Assembly: GCA_000165425.1 (NCBI GenBank)
Contig: CT868668.1
Location: 186,001 to 250,000 of the forward strand
Source: Paramecium tetraurelia
Taxonomy: Eukaryota
Direction of reading: 5' to 3'
DNA length: 64,000 nt
The translations under genes were made by a program, and so were the position numbers. The notes under the pieces were generated by a model. That model was not told the DNA's origin, made no database searches, and saw only the letters and a program-made list of their open reading frames with translations. Positions 25,966 through 38,609 of the stretch are shown piece by piece. How positions within the stretch are numbered: the stretch's first letter is position 1; the number at the start of each line of letters is the position of its first letter.

Positions 25966-27224
25966 ATGTTAAAGAAGCCTTAATAATAACAGCCAACTAA
26001 ACCAAGTACAAGAGTTGCCACATTGGCCAATGATGAGAATTAGCAACAATAGGTTAATCTTGCTGTTCATATTGTAGAGATCCGAATAGGCCCAAAAATA
26101 CGCTTTGAATCAAATTGTTGGAAATGGCACATTTGGAATGGTTTATTTAGTATGACTCATTATTCATCGCTTTAGGCCACCAATTCAGTGACAGGAGAAA
26201 AGGTCGCCATTAAGAAAGTGTTTCAGGATAAAAGGTACAAAAATAGGGAGCATTTGATCATTTAAGAACTCAATCATCCATGTGTAATTAAGTTAAAGGA
26301 AGCCTTCTTCACCTAAGGAGATAAAGTATATATGCATTTGATTATTAGGGTGACGATGTTTATTTGAATTTGGTTATGGATTATATACCTGATACATTAA
26401 GCAAAGTAGTTAGATATTACAGAAAAGCCAAATAGCAATTTCCCAATACCTTATTAAAAGTTTATGGATATCAGATGTTCAGAGCTCTAGCATATATGGA
26501 AGGTAACATCACTAGTTTAAAATTAGGAATCGGTATTTGCCATAGAGATATTAAACCATAAAATATATTAGTTGATCCAGCAACTCACGTACTGAAGATA
26601 TGTGATTTCGGATCTGCCAAGAAACTCCAAAAAGGGGAACCAAATGTGGCCTACATTTGCTCTCGTTATTATAGAGCCCCTGAATTAATTTATGGAGCTA
26701 CTGAATACAGTACAGCAATCGATGTTTGGTCCATCGGTTGTGTAATTGCAGAGATGCTTATTGGAGAGCCTCTCTTTCCAGGAGAAAGTGCAACAGATCA
26801 GTTAGTTGAGATTATTAAAATATTGGGAACTCCAACTTAAGAACAGGTCAAAATGATGAATCCTCAACACAAAGATTTTAAGTTTCCCCTCATCAAATGT
26901 CACCCCTGGCAAAAGGTATTTGACAATTGTTAATGAAATTCTAGGTGTTTGCTAAATTCAAACCAGACGCTTTGTTTATCGACCTTATTTCCAAATTAAT
27001 GGTGTATCCCCCAAAAGAAAGATTGAGACCGTTGGAAGCCTTGGCACATCCTTTCTTTAATGACATAAGATAAGCAGGGTTCGGTATTCCCAATTAGACT
27101 TTACCAGACTTTTTTGATTTTACTAAGGGTATTTAATGTTTGAGTATTATTTATAGAGGAACTCTCAATTCAACCTGAAATCGCACCCAAAATATACCCA
27201 ACTTGGTACCAAAAGAAATAATGA
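25966..27224 (+). CDS. GSK3: GSK3/shaggy-family protein kinase
   Basis: [55 protein letters not shown]; six tiny introns. Confidence 0.95.
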
Positions 27225-27257
27225 AAATTACATAACTAATTATATATAATTTATATA

Positions 27258-28962
27258 ATGAATCCAGTCAGAGTATTTCCATTGAAATTCAATGAATCAC
27301 AAAATACTCAAAGCACTTCAAGTTCACCATAGTTAAAGAAAAAACCAACGCAAAAACTAATAGAAAAACCATTTCTTTTAAACATGTCTCCCATATTGTA
27401 AGTAATTCAAATTTGATTGAAGAAACGGACAATCGCCAATTAAGGGTAAATTTAATGTGAAACGACTCACAGTCATTCCTAAACAAGAAGAAAAATTCTA
27501 ATTTGTAGCTAATATTACGATTTTCATAGGCTCAATAATAAAGGCCATCTTAGTCGACAAGTTCATCCCCAAAGAAGAGAGTAATAAGTGGAGCAAACTA
27601 TGCTGAAGTATATCGAATCTTTAAATAGTCATAATCTCCAATGAAACTACCAAATCTTCGAAGAGCAGATACTCAATTGAATAACAACATCCAAATCAAG
27701 GATGAGACTTTGCAAGAGATGAAAAGTACAAAGAGAAAAGACACAAATGCAGACGGTACTCCTTCTGTAAATCCTTTGTTTAATCAACCTAGCAATAAGT
27801 CAGAGGGTCAATAATCAAATTGATCTCTGAATCTGCTCCTGACTCTAGACCCTCAGTCTCCAGAGCTAAGTTGGCATCTTAAACTATAGAATAAGAAGTT
27901 AAGCCAAAGGTTTCCAGTCAAATGGTGATGTTACATGGTAGATCAACCAGTCAGGCGACATTAGTAAACACATTCATCCTAGATAATGAAATGTAAGATT
28001 ATGTGAATATGTATCATTCTAAGTATTGTTTCATAATTATAAGATCCCAAGCTGGATAGAATGGATCAGGATAAACTAAAACCAATTAGGACAGCATTAT
28101 CATTACTAACAATTTGGGTGGAATTAAAAATAGATATATATTTTCAGTTTGTGATGGTCATGGTGTCTATGGACATTATGTGTCCTAATTAGTTAAGAAG
28201 TTGTTACCCAACATCATAGATTAATAACTTAAATCAAACATAGGAATGCAGGAGAAGGATATAAGTGAAAATCATTATGCTAGTATCACTAAAGCTATGA
28301 CTTAAAGCTTTTAGAAGATGCAAAAAGATTTATCGAATTGTGGTATTGATGTAACATTTAGTGGAACAACTTGCTCTTTGGTTTTGATTTCTGGACCTCA
28401 TTTGTGGTGTGCCAATATAGGAGATTCGAGATCAGTAAGCTTTATTGAAATTATAATTTAGATTTTAATTTAGTAATAGAATAATTAAAAATGGAAGACC
28501 ATTGAATTGAGTAATGATCATAAACCAGATTTACCTGAAGAATACAAAAGAATAATTTCTAATAAAGGGAGAGTGGAACCCTATATTAGTGAAAATGGAG
28601 AGATGATTGGTCCACCAAGAGTCTGGTTATTACATGATCAAATTCCAGGATTGGCCATGAGTAGATCCTTTGGAGATTATGTGGCATCAACTGTTGGAGT
28701 GAGTTGCGAACCAGAAATCATTCATTACAGAATGAATGGCAATTGTGCATTCTTAGTTGTAGCAAGTGATGGAGTGTGGGAGTTCTTTTCTAATGAGGAA
28801 ATCTAAAAGATCGTTATTTCTCATTGGCAACCCAATATGACTGCCAAAAAATTAAGCGAGATATGTGATCAAATAGTCAAACTCTCTACTTAAAGATGGA
28901 ATTAGGAAGATGAAGTGGTAGATGACATATCAATTGTCATAACTTATCTCTAAAAAACATGA
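27258..28962 (+). CDS. PP2C (PPM) protein phosphatase with long S/K-rich N-terminus
   Basis: KTNQDS, FSVCDGHG, SGTT, ANIGDSRS, DHKP, GLAMSRSFGD, ASDGVWE, DDISIV. Confidence 0.92.
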
Positions 28963-29218
28963 TAATTTTATTTTTTAATAAGTTTCCTAATCAAGCAGGA
29001 ACTCTTATTTAATTCGACTATAGATCTTTATAACCAATTTATTTCACTTCTTCATTAAGATGATGGCCATCATTATCACATAAATAAATGAGATTTATTC
29101 GTCTCTCTTATTTAATTTCTTAATTCTCTAATTTAATTTGATAGCATTTAATAAGGTTTTAAAATATTTTAAGTATAATTTAAATAGTATCTTTTGTATT
29201 TAATTTTATTTAATTAAT

Positions 29219-30335
29219 TCATTTTCCATATTGCATAGCTAAATTTTATTATCCTGGAGGAAAATACTTTGCTAGGTCTTCCTTGTTTAGATCATCAAAG
29301 AAAGGATGTTTCATTGCTTCCTTAACATAAATTCTTTTAGCTGGATCCAAGGCGATCATTTTAGTAACTAAATCTAATCCAACCTTTTCTTTAAGATGAT
29401 TAAAGTACCTTATCAAAGTTCTTAAAGAATTATTCTGGAGGTGTTGGTCTAAAACGAGGAAAGGTAGGTTTGAAATCTGGTAAATCTGCTAAGTTTGGCC
29501 AATCTTGAACTGTTGGTGTGCCATGGTATTGGAAAATCTTAAAGATCTAATCGATTTCACTATCTCCGCAAAATAGGCCATGCTTTTCAACCATTTCTGT
29601 GAGGATACATCCCACAGACCAGATATCCACTCCCAAAGAATACTATTTTTATGATAATAAGATCTCGGGAGCTCTGTACCATAAGGTTTCTACTTCATGA
29701 GTCAGAGTTTTGATTGGAACTCCGAATGCTCTTGCCAAACCGAAGTCAGCCAACTTAATGATGCCAGTTGATTTGTCGATTAAAATATTTTATGGTTTAA
29801 GATCTCTGTGAATGATACGTCTGGAATGACAATAATTGAGTCCATTCAAGATTTAGAATGTGAAATGCTATTTATTTTTAGTGTTCAAATGTTTACTTTG
29901 ATTTGACTAAGGGTAAGATTGTGTTTGTTTTAATCAAGGAATTTTTTAAAATCCATTTCAACATATTCGAAAACTAAATAGAGTTTCTTCTCATTTGGTT
30001 AATAAATGACTTCTTTTAAACCCACAATGTTTGGATGAGGTTGAAGTTCTTTCAAAATTGAGAATCTCTCTCATAGCAGTAGAGGGAACTCCCTCATCTT
30101 CATTTTCTAATTTGATTTTCTTTAGAGCCACTAATTCTTTGGTTACTGAATCACGAGCCTTGTAAACTACACCATAAGTTCCTACACACATTTGAATTAT
30201 GCATTACCCTCTCCAATCTTCTCCAATTTTTCATACCTTTCCAATTGTCTATTATTGTTGTTGGTGCTCATCTTGTCACCTACTCTTAAATCATAGAAAT
30301 TTTGTGCTTCAATATACTAAAATCATACTTAGCAT
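29219..30335 (-). CDS. Cdc2/CDK1-like cyclin-dependent kinase (PSTAMRE); +1 frameshift at about 30060
   Basis: [70 protein letters not shown]; four introns. Confidence 0.9.
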
Positions 30336-30487
30336 TTTTGTAAAATAAATTCAAAAAAATTAAAAATATTAACTGTTATTTAAGTAAATCTAGATGGAGA
30401 AAAACTGAACTCACAAAAACTTAAAATTATAGCATTACAAAAACTATAGCAAACTTATTTTTTAATTTATTTTCTCTCATATAAATA

Positions 30488-31729
30488 TCATTTCTTTAAA
30501 TAAATCACACATTTATATTCAACACTTTACTCTAGACTTTCTATTCTTCCAATTCTATACCCACCCTGTCCATGAAAGAGCCACAAAGAAAACCGTAAAT
30601 CTCCTTCTTCATTATCTACATCAGGATACTTTAAATCCACTTTACTCATAGGACTAAATCCAATGCAACGATTCCTAACATAATACCAAAATATCTCTCC
30701 ATTTCGACTCTTCCTTGCCAATTTTAAGTCCTGTGTTTCCGTGTAAAACTCTGAGGCATAATCAGTGGCACATAAAATAAAGGAATCTGGATCATTTACA
30801 CTGACTCCACCTATGCATATTTAAGATTAAGGAGTGCATCTTTGCTTTATCAATTCAATGTGAGTTTAGGTAAATGGTTTGTTGAATAACTCTTCGTAAA
30901 TTTTAGTGAACCCTTTCATTTCTAAAGTCTTGAACTTAACTTACTTCTAAATGCAAAAGGGTGATTGAGTTATGGTTCCAAATACACTCTACTAATCAAA
31001 ATCGATTCTTTGCATCGATTAAGTTTCGCTTTTGTCATTTGGAAAGAGTCGACGACTTTGCATCAAATAACTCAATGGTTTCTCAATAAGATTAGTTATA
31101 CTATTAATCTAAAATAGCAGATCTTGTATTTGCTCTGCAAAACTTTGGTGAACAATGTTAGATTTGGTAATAAGTGAAATATCTTTGCAAAATAGTGTTG
31201 CATCAAAAATCAACCGTTGTGCAAGACTCTAGAATTTGTCATTAGGTTCATAATCGATTGGCTTAAAATCAGGAACTCCATTATTGTAATGGATAATATC
31301 ACAAACATCTTTGGCTAATTATTCATAATCTTTTTCAGTTAGATTTGGCTAATCAATGTACTTACGCTTTAAAATGCCTACTTTACTCTCCTACATGTCC
31401 TGATTAACAAACTATGCTATCTGGTCTTAAAGTAGTCTAGCCTTATTCAGAATCGCATTTATGCTCATCTGAATAGAATCTGTTAAATCTTTATTCTTCT
31501 AATTGTATTGCTTAATCTCACGAGTCCATTCATTCTTAATGAGAGAGTCCAATGTAGAGAGATTGATCGATTTATGGCCATAATGCTCTTCTCCAAGACA
31601 TAGACCACACAATGCCTTTTTGGAAATCTAACACTTCGAATCAAGACACAGATGGATAATCTTTTAATCAACTTCTTAGTGTTCTTGAACAGAACAAACA
31701 ACAGTCGTTGCCTTTTTGAGTAGATTCAT
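30488..31729 (-). CDS. B-box-like Zn-binding + coiled-coil protein with uncharacterised C-terminal globular domain
   Basis: CSVQEH..HLCLDSKC..LCGLCLGEEHYGH; C-terminal ICIGG..LCATD..FWYY..IGFSP..RFSLW..GGYRIG. Confidence 0.75.
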
Positions 31730-31747
31730 TAATTAAATAATTTATAT

Positions 31748-34700
31748 TCAATGTTCTGGATGTCTTTAAATTGAGTTATAATGTTTTGCAAGAGCATTAG
31801 GAGTTTATTCGACTTTTTATGAAGAGACTTTGACTTCTTGTTAGAGAGGTACAATCTTTTGGGATCCCATTTAACCACAAAAATTATCTTCAGGGATTAA
31901 TTTAAGGATAAGGCATCCTAATAATGAGATACTACCAAATCCAATTCCAATCAACCATTGTTTTATTTATAAACCATAACAACCATATAATCCAATGGCT
32001 GCAGATCCGAAAGTAACCATCAACACTTAAATGCAGAAGATGAATGGAACTATAATGAGGAAGGCAGAATGATTGGTTATATTATCAAGGAAATTGATTT
32101 CATCAGTTATCCTTCTGCTATTCAAGAAATTAAACAATTGCAACATGATAAATACATTAAACACATAAGTAAACTAAAAATTAGATTATAATAATAATTA
32201 CATGTCTACTTCCTTCATGTTCTATGTTATACATAATGTAATAGTCATAGTCACCTTGAACAGTCATTAATCTTCCACTAGCCACAATTGAACATGAGTC
32301 TTCATTATAAAGACAAGGAGGACATTAAATTTCATAGCATTCATCATTTTGACATACACACTTAGTTTTTAAACATTTATCAGAATCATCTGGATTGTCA
32401 GTTGAGGATGTTTCATTCAATCTGGTTGATCCCAATGATTTTAATGATTCAAAATCTGTTACACAATTGTGATTACTGTATTTAAACCTTATCTTTGGAC
32501 CACTAAATACTGTTGTATCATACGCGTCTTGATATTCAGGTAGAAATTTGTCACCTACAAAAACAATGACAAGTACAACTCCCACTTAAATTAGAGCTGT
32601 TCCTACAATAAACTTAAACATCTTTTTTGAAATGATGTATTCATTTCTATCATGAGGTTTACGATTCAGCAGTTTCTCAGATGGAGGTTCAGTTGCCAAG
32701 GCCAGTGAACCTAATGTGTCCATAATTAAATTGACCCATAGCAATTAAATTGGTCTTAGAATTTCCTGTCTTAGTACTGCAGCTCCGATTAAAGTCAATG
32801 AAACACTTACTAAATTAGCAGTCAATTAGAATCTAAGAAACTTCTTTATATTATCGTACACATTTCTGCCCCACATAACCGCCTTCACTATTGAATTGAA
32901 ATTGTCATCCAACAAAATAATAGCCGCAGCTTCTCTAGCTACTTCAGTTCCTGAGACTCCCATTGCAAATCCAACATCCGCTTTTTTTAGAGCTGGAGCA
33001 TCGTTTGTTCCATCTCCAGTTACAGCAACAACATGATTTCTTTCAATCAAACCAGTTACTAAAGCATATTTATCTTCTGGTCTACTACGAGCTAAGACAT
33101 CAAGATATGGATATATCTTATCAAATTCATCAGGATTAGCAATTGTGTCAATCCTTAACTTTTTGCCTTCCTTTTATGCTGTCTGACTATCCCTAACACA
33201 ACTACAATTTTCGGGATGACAATTCTTACAAACGACTCCTCCAATTCTTCTAACGAATTCAGGTCCTTCCATTACAATACTATCTTCAGGATTCGTAATG
33301 ATTCCACATTCATTTGCTATAGCCCTTGCTGTAGTTATATTATCACCAGTAACCATTCTGACTTTGATTCCTGCTTACTTGCATAATTAGATAGCTCTAG
33401 GCACTTCTTATCTTATAATATCTTTAATGCCTAAGACTGCTAATAGAATCAAATCATTTTATTCAATATTATACACACCTTTATCATCTTTACTTGTCAA
33501 ATCAGCACTATTTGAAATATTTTTATAAGCTAAACATATTGTTCTTAAAGCTTTCTTTGCCATATTTTCAATGGCATCTTCTACTACCTTAGAATTGATT
33601 GTTGTGACTCCATTAGATTTTGAATGATATTATGTACAAGCTGCTAAGACCATTTCTGAAGCTCCTTTGCATACCAATCTTTGTTATCCTCCAACATCTA
33701 AAACCATAGACATTCTCTTTCTTTGACTACTAAATGGATATTTAACTACGATAGGATATTTATCTCTAAATTCTTCATACGGTTTTTGACATCTATCCAT
33801 AAATTCTAGGAATGATATTTCAGTCTTAGATCCTTTAGGTTCTGGTCTAAGCATTGCACTTGAATTTACAATGGCTCATTATATAAAAATATCTGCCAAT
33901 TGTTAAGGGAGATAGTCAGTCAAACTACATGTTTAATAGGTTTCCAATTCAATTAAATTGTCATTCCAGATATTAACAAGAGTCATCTTATTCTAAGTTA
34001 AAGTTCCAGTTTTGTCAGAACATATCATAGATGCTCCCCCCATAGTTTCACATGCTGCCATTTTCCTGACTAGATTTTAATCTCTCAACATTTATTTGGT
34101 TGAATAAGCTAAAGAGAGAGTCACTGCTAAAGGCAATCCTTCAGGAATTGCAACAACAATGACTGTAATTCCAATAATAAAGAAATTGACGATCTCTACA
34201 ATATACTTATTTTCCCATTCAACTTATGACTTTTCAACTGCAAATCTTATGCACATCACAACTACAATTATGATTGCACTGTACAATCCAAATTTCCCTA
34301 TATCTTCTGCAATCGCAGCTAATTTGACTTATAAAGGAGTGGCTAATTGGATATAATATTAAAAAATTACCTTCTGGTTCATCTTAACGGAGTAATGCAC
34401 TGATTTTGCCTGCACATGACAAATCTCCAACCACTAAAATAATCATCTTACCTTCTCCTGTCAAAACCCTTGTACCACTCATCATAATGGGAGAGGGAAC
34501 TTCATGATGACCAGCTGTTGCAGAGTCAGTCTGATTCCTTTTAGCTATACAATAGGATAGGGTGTTCTTTTTTATAGGGTCGGTTTCTCCTGTCATGGCT
34601 GACTCATCAGTTGTAAGATCGGAGGCTTCAAGCACTAGACCATCTGCTGGGATTTCCATTCCTTCGAATACCATGACGATATCTCCAACCATAACTTCAC

Positions 34701-35404
34701 TCATATGAATATCACATTTCTATCCATTTCTTATTACTGTAACTCTTTTTCGTTCATCAGCTACTGCATTCAACTTTTGAAACTATTTCTCCTTTTAGTA
34801 ATCATTAATTGCATTAGCATTAGTTGAGATTATCACTGCCACCAGGATCGCAAAACCTAACAATCTTACATTTCAATAGTTTTACCTTCTATCCATGCAT
34901 AAGCACGATAATCGGATGATGCAGTGGCTACATCAACTGCAATACTCACCAACGCAGCCAAACAGAGTATCCTCATAGTGAAATCTTCCAAAGCCCCCCA
35001 TAACAATTAAAAATAAGATTTTGGAAGAATTAGTGGTTTGCGATTATGTCCGAAATTCAGTTCTCTCAAACCTACATCATTCAATAATAACCCATCCTTG
35101 TAATTTGAACACAAAGCCATCTAAAGTTTAAACTATCTTAAACCTCTAGAAATTCTTGCCCTCCCAATTCCTCCAACTGATCGATCTCTTCAGTGAATGT
35201 CCTTTCCTAACATGCATAAGCCACTGAACACAGTTACTCCTTAGACACTCGAAAATTGGTTGTGTATGGCTCAGTTCTCTATGTAACATCTAAAATCATA
35301 ATATATTTAATTAATTTTACCAATTCATAATATTACTTGCTATCTTAACTATACACCTACAATTTCGCATTGATATATATTACTGTTATCATCAATAAAT
35401 TCAT
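31748..35404 (-). CDS. PMCA: Plasma-membrane-type Ca2+-ATPase (P2B); in-frame TGA at 33876-33878
   Basis: [90 protein letters not shown]; start codon approximate. Confidence 0.93.
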
Positions 35405-35634
35405 TTTAAATAATCCTTAATTAATATTTAATACTAAGATTGTTATCTATCAAGCATCTCTTATTTTTTAACTTTTATATAATACTTTATTGATAAATTA
35501 AACAATCATATGACACTCATAATATCATGGTGTTATTAATATATTAAAGTGAGCTTATTTAGAAATTAAGTTTAAATTATTTATCAAAAAGCATAATTGT
35601 TACAAAGTATTATAAAAATATAATAATAAAATAA

Positions 35635-36496
35635 ATGAATTACAAGCCGAATTTGAAGATGGACAGTACCTCTGGATCATTTAAAAAACAAGAATAAACT
35701 TTATCTTTAGAAAGCACTCAAAAGTCAGATTTTTCAGCCATCAATTCGAAACCCAATTTTGCCAGCAAACCATCCTTCAATATTCGCAACCGTTCCACTC
35801 AACCATAAGAATAGGAACCTTAGTTAACAAGCACTAAAGAAGATTTCTTTAAAACAGGCTCATTTTAAGAGAAGGTACCTCTTAAAGATAGAATCTAACG
35901 ATCAGACGAAAAGAAAAATACTGCCCCTCTTAATCAAGGACTCTATTTACCTGGACAAGAGGAGCTTTTTAGGAAACAAATCCAAGTTGAAAAGAAGGAA
36001 GTTTAGCAAGCTTAAGTTTAATAGGTTAAACAAACTTAATCAGATTCCTATATGCCATCGATTGGTAATTAGAATAAGCGAGAAGCAGCATTATTAGGTT
36101 CAAAAAATGCCATCGAAAATAAAGTAGCAGTTGCAGATCAAACCAAAGTGCAATAATAACTTGGTATTGAATATGGTAATACAATTAGAGGAAGCTGAAC
36201 CAATAGAAGATCTAGAATTAGTGCTTTGTCCTGAAGGATGTGGAAGACAATTTAAACAAGATGTTCTGGAAAAGCACACTAAAGTGTGTAAACAGGTGTT
36301 TCAATAGAAAAGACAAGAATTCAATTCCAAATAGGCAAGAATAGTCTCAAATGATTAATAAAAATTAATGCGACAAGGGTAAATAAAGGAGAAGCAATAA
36401 TAAAAGAAATAGGGTAAAGCTCCTCTTGATCCAAATTGGAAAAAACAATCTGAAGAATTGCGCAATATAATAAAAGAATAGAAGTAATAGCAATGA
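35635..36496 (+). CDS. C2HC zinc-finger protein (ZC2HC1/FAM164-like)
   Basis: LVLCPEGCGRQFKQDVLEKHTKVCKQVFQQKRQEFNS and W(KK)QSEELR motif; one intron. Confidence 0.8.
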
Positions 36497-36503
36497 TTAT
36501 TTA

Positions 36504-37345
36504 ATGATTAATAATACAATCAAATCCCTATTTCATTCATCTAAGACAGCACAATCCTCAAATCAGTTTCACAACAGATGTGTCTGTGAAATATGCAAAT
36601 GTGGAAAACATCATTGTCCAATTCACACTGATAATATGCATGGCGATTTCTAGTCTACATTCTAGTATATATATCCAAATAAATATAGACATGACTATTA
36701 ACCATGGAAATCGAACAAATAAAGACCATTCAATTATGATAGATAACCCTAGTAACATTCCTATGATCCATCTACTTTAAAGAGTTAATATTAGAGTGAA
36801 TACATTTAGAGACCATTGCCAGAAAGAGAAACGAGATAATTGCCAGAATTGCAACCTTCTTAACCTTTCTCGAGCTTATCAGACTATTAAACTAATTATT
36901 AGAAGTATATCAGTTACTAAATAGATTTCCATTGCCAATGAAACGTGGTTTAATAAAGCAACCTTATAAGTCAGCCCCTAGATAAGTACCATGGAATACC
37001 ACTTATGGTGTAGATTTTATCTAAAAACCTGTTGGAGGATCTGAATAATTCAAACCATAAGTTAAAGATGGTCCGAATGTGAACACTGATTTTGGATCTA
37101 CGACTTATAAGACATCATATGTGCCAAAACCAATAAGCAAATAGGAAAGATGTAGAGATCCAGTTTAACGTAACATTAATGGAGACCCAGGATAAATTGG
37201 AAATTCTACTTATTAAATGGATTATATAGAAAAATAAAGAGATGAAAATTATTGTCCAATCCTTGCATTACCTAGAAGACCCAATCAATTAGGAGGAGGA
37301 AAGTCACATCTTAATTATGATGCTGTTAGAAATAGATGGATTTGA
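36504..37345 (+). CDS. SAXO/STOP-domain axonemal microtubule-stabiliser-like protein
   Basis: RCVCEICKCGKHHCP N-terminal motif and repeated S/T-T-Y-x-x-D-Y (Mn-like) units. Confidence 0.75.
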
Positions 37346-37456
37346 TTATAACAATTAAAGATTAATTTTTTCCTTTCTTCTTTAATCCAAAAAATCTCTT
37401 ATTATAATGGTGCAACAATTTAATATTTTCACTTATATTTATAAAATATTTAAATA

Positions 37457-37978
37457 ATGATTTTTCAAGTTCTAATATTAACACTCAGTCTTTCTGATTG
37501 TTGCACTATAAATTAATTGCAAAAAAAGACAAGAATTCTAAGAGGAAACTACAAAGATGTGCTGAATTTTCATTAAATTAATTTAATTAGTACAAAAAAT
37601 ACCTATTTTAATGGTGGTTAAATGAACTCTTAATTAAATAGAGATGTCATATATTATGTTAATGGTGGAATTGGCTATACATTTTGTTATCTCAATGATT
37701 CCATTGAAATATCATTATTTAAGAAATATGAACTCAACACGATTGTTATTTAAATTTGGGATCGTGTAGTTGATGTATTTTACAATTTCTAAATATATGT
37801 TTCCTTTTTAGATGAGGAAAAGCTGGTTTATGAAAATACTTCATTTGCAGGAGTAGTTAGAATTCGATTTGCAGATCAACTCGTTGATAAAGTTAGAATT
37901 TACAATAGAGGAGGATCTAATTACAATGGATACCTATCCATAATTAAAGCATAAGCATTCTATCATCGATATAATTGA
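37457..37978 (+). CDS. Secreted protein with probable galactose-binding-like (discoidin/F5-8 type C) fold, tandem copy 1, 173 aa
   Basis: Signal peptide; IEISLFKKYELNTIVIQIWD..FQIYVS..IRFADQLVDKVRIYNRGG..LSIIKAQAFY; intronless. Confidence 0.75.
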
Positions 37979-38093
37979 TGTAATCAAGAAAGTACTTGAA
38001 TACAATTGGTTTTGAGAATCTTATTTTATATTTTTACTTTAATTATTCTTACAACAATTTATTACTCTGACTTATATTAATAAAATAATAAAA

Positions 38094-38609
38094 ATGATTT
38101 TTCAAATACTATTATTTACTTTTACTCTATCTAATTGTTGTACTATAAATTCAATTGATAAAAAGATAATAAGAGGAAATTATTAAGATGTGCTGAACTT
38201 TCGCTAAATTAATTTAATTAGTACAAGAAATACCTATTTTGATGGTGGTTAAATGAACTCTTAATTAAATCGAGATGCTATTTATTATGTAACTAATTAA
38301 CTTGGCTATACTTATTGCAGTCCCTATAATTCCATTGAAATTCGTTTCTTTAAGAAATATGAAATCAACACCATTGTTATTCAAATTTGGGATCGATATG
38401 TTGATGTGCATTTCGATTTCTAAGTATATGTTTCCTTTTTAGATGAAGAAAAACTGGTTTATGAAAATACTTCATTTGCAGGAGTAGTTAGAATAAGATT
38501 TGCAGATCAATTCGTTGATAAAATTAGATTTTACAATAGAGGAGCATCTAATTACAATATATATCTAACCATTATCAAAGCCGAAGCATTCTATAATTTA
38601 GATCATTGA
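38094..38609 (+). CDS. Tandem copy 2 of the same secreted protein, 171 aa
   Basis: Clearly alignable to 37457..37978 at nucleotide level; intact ORF. Confidence 0.75.
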
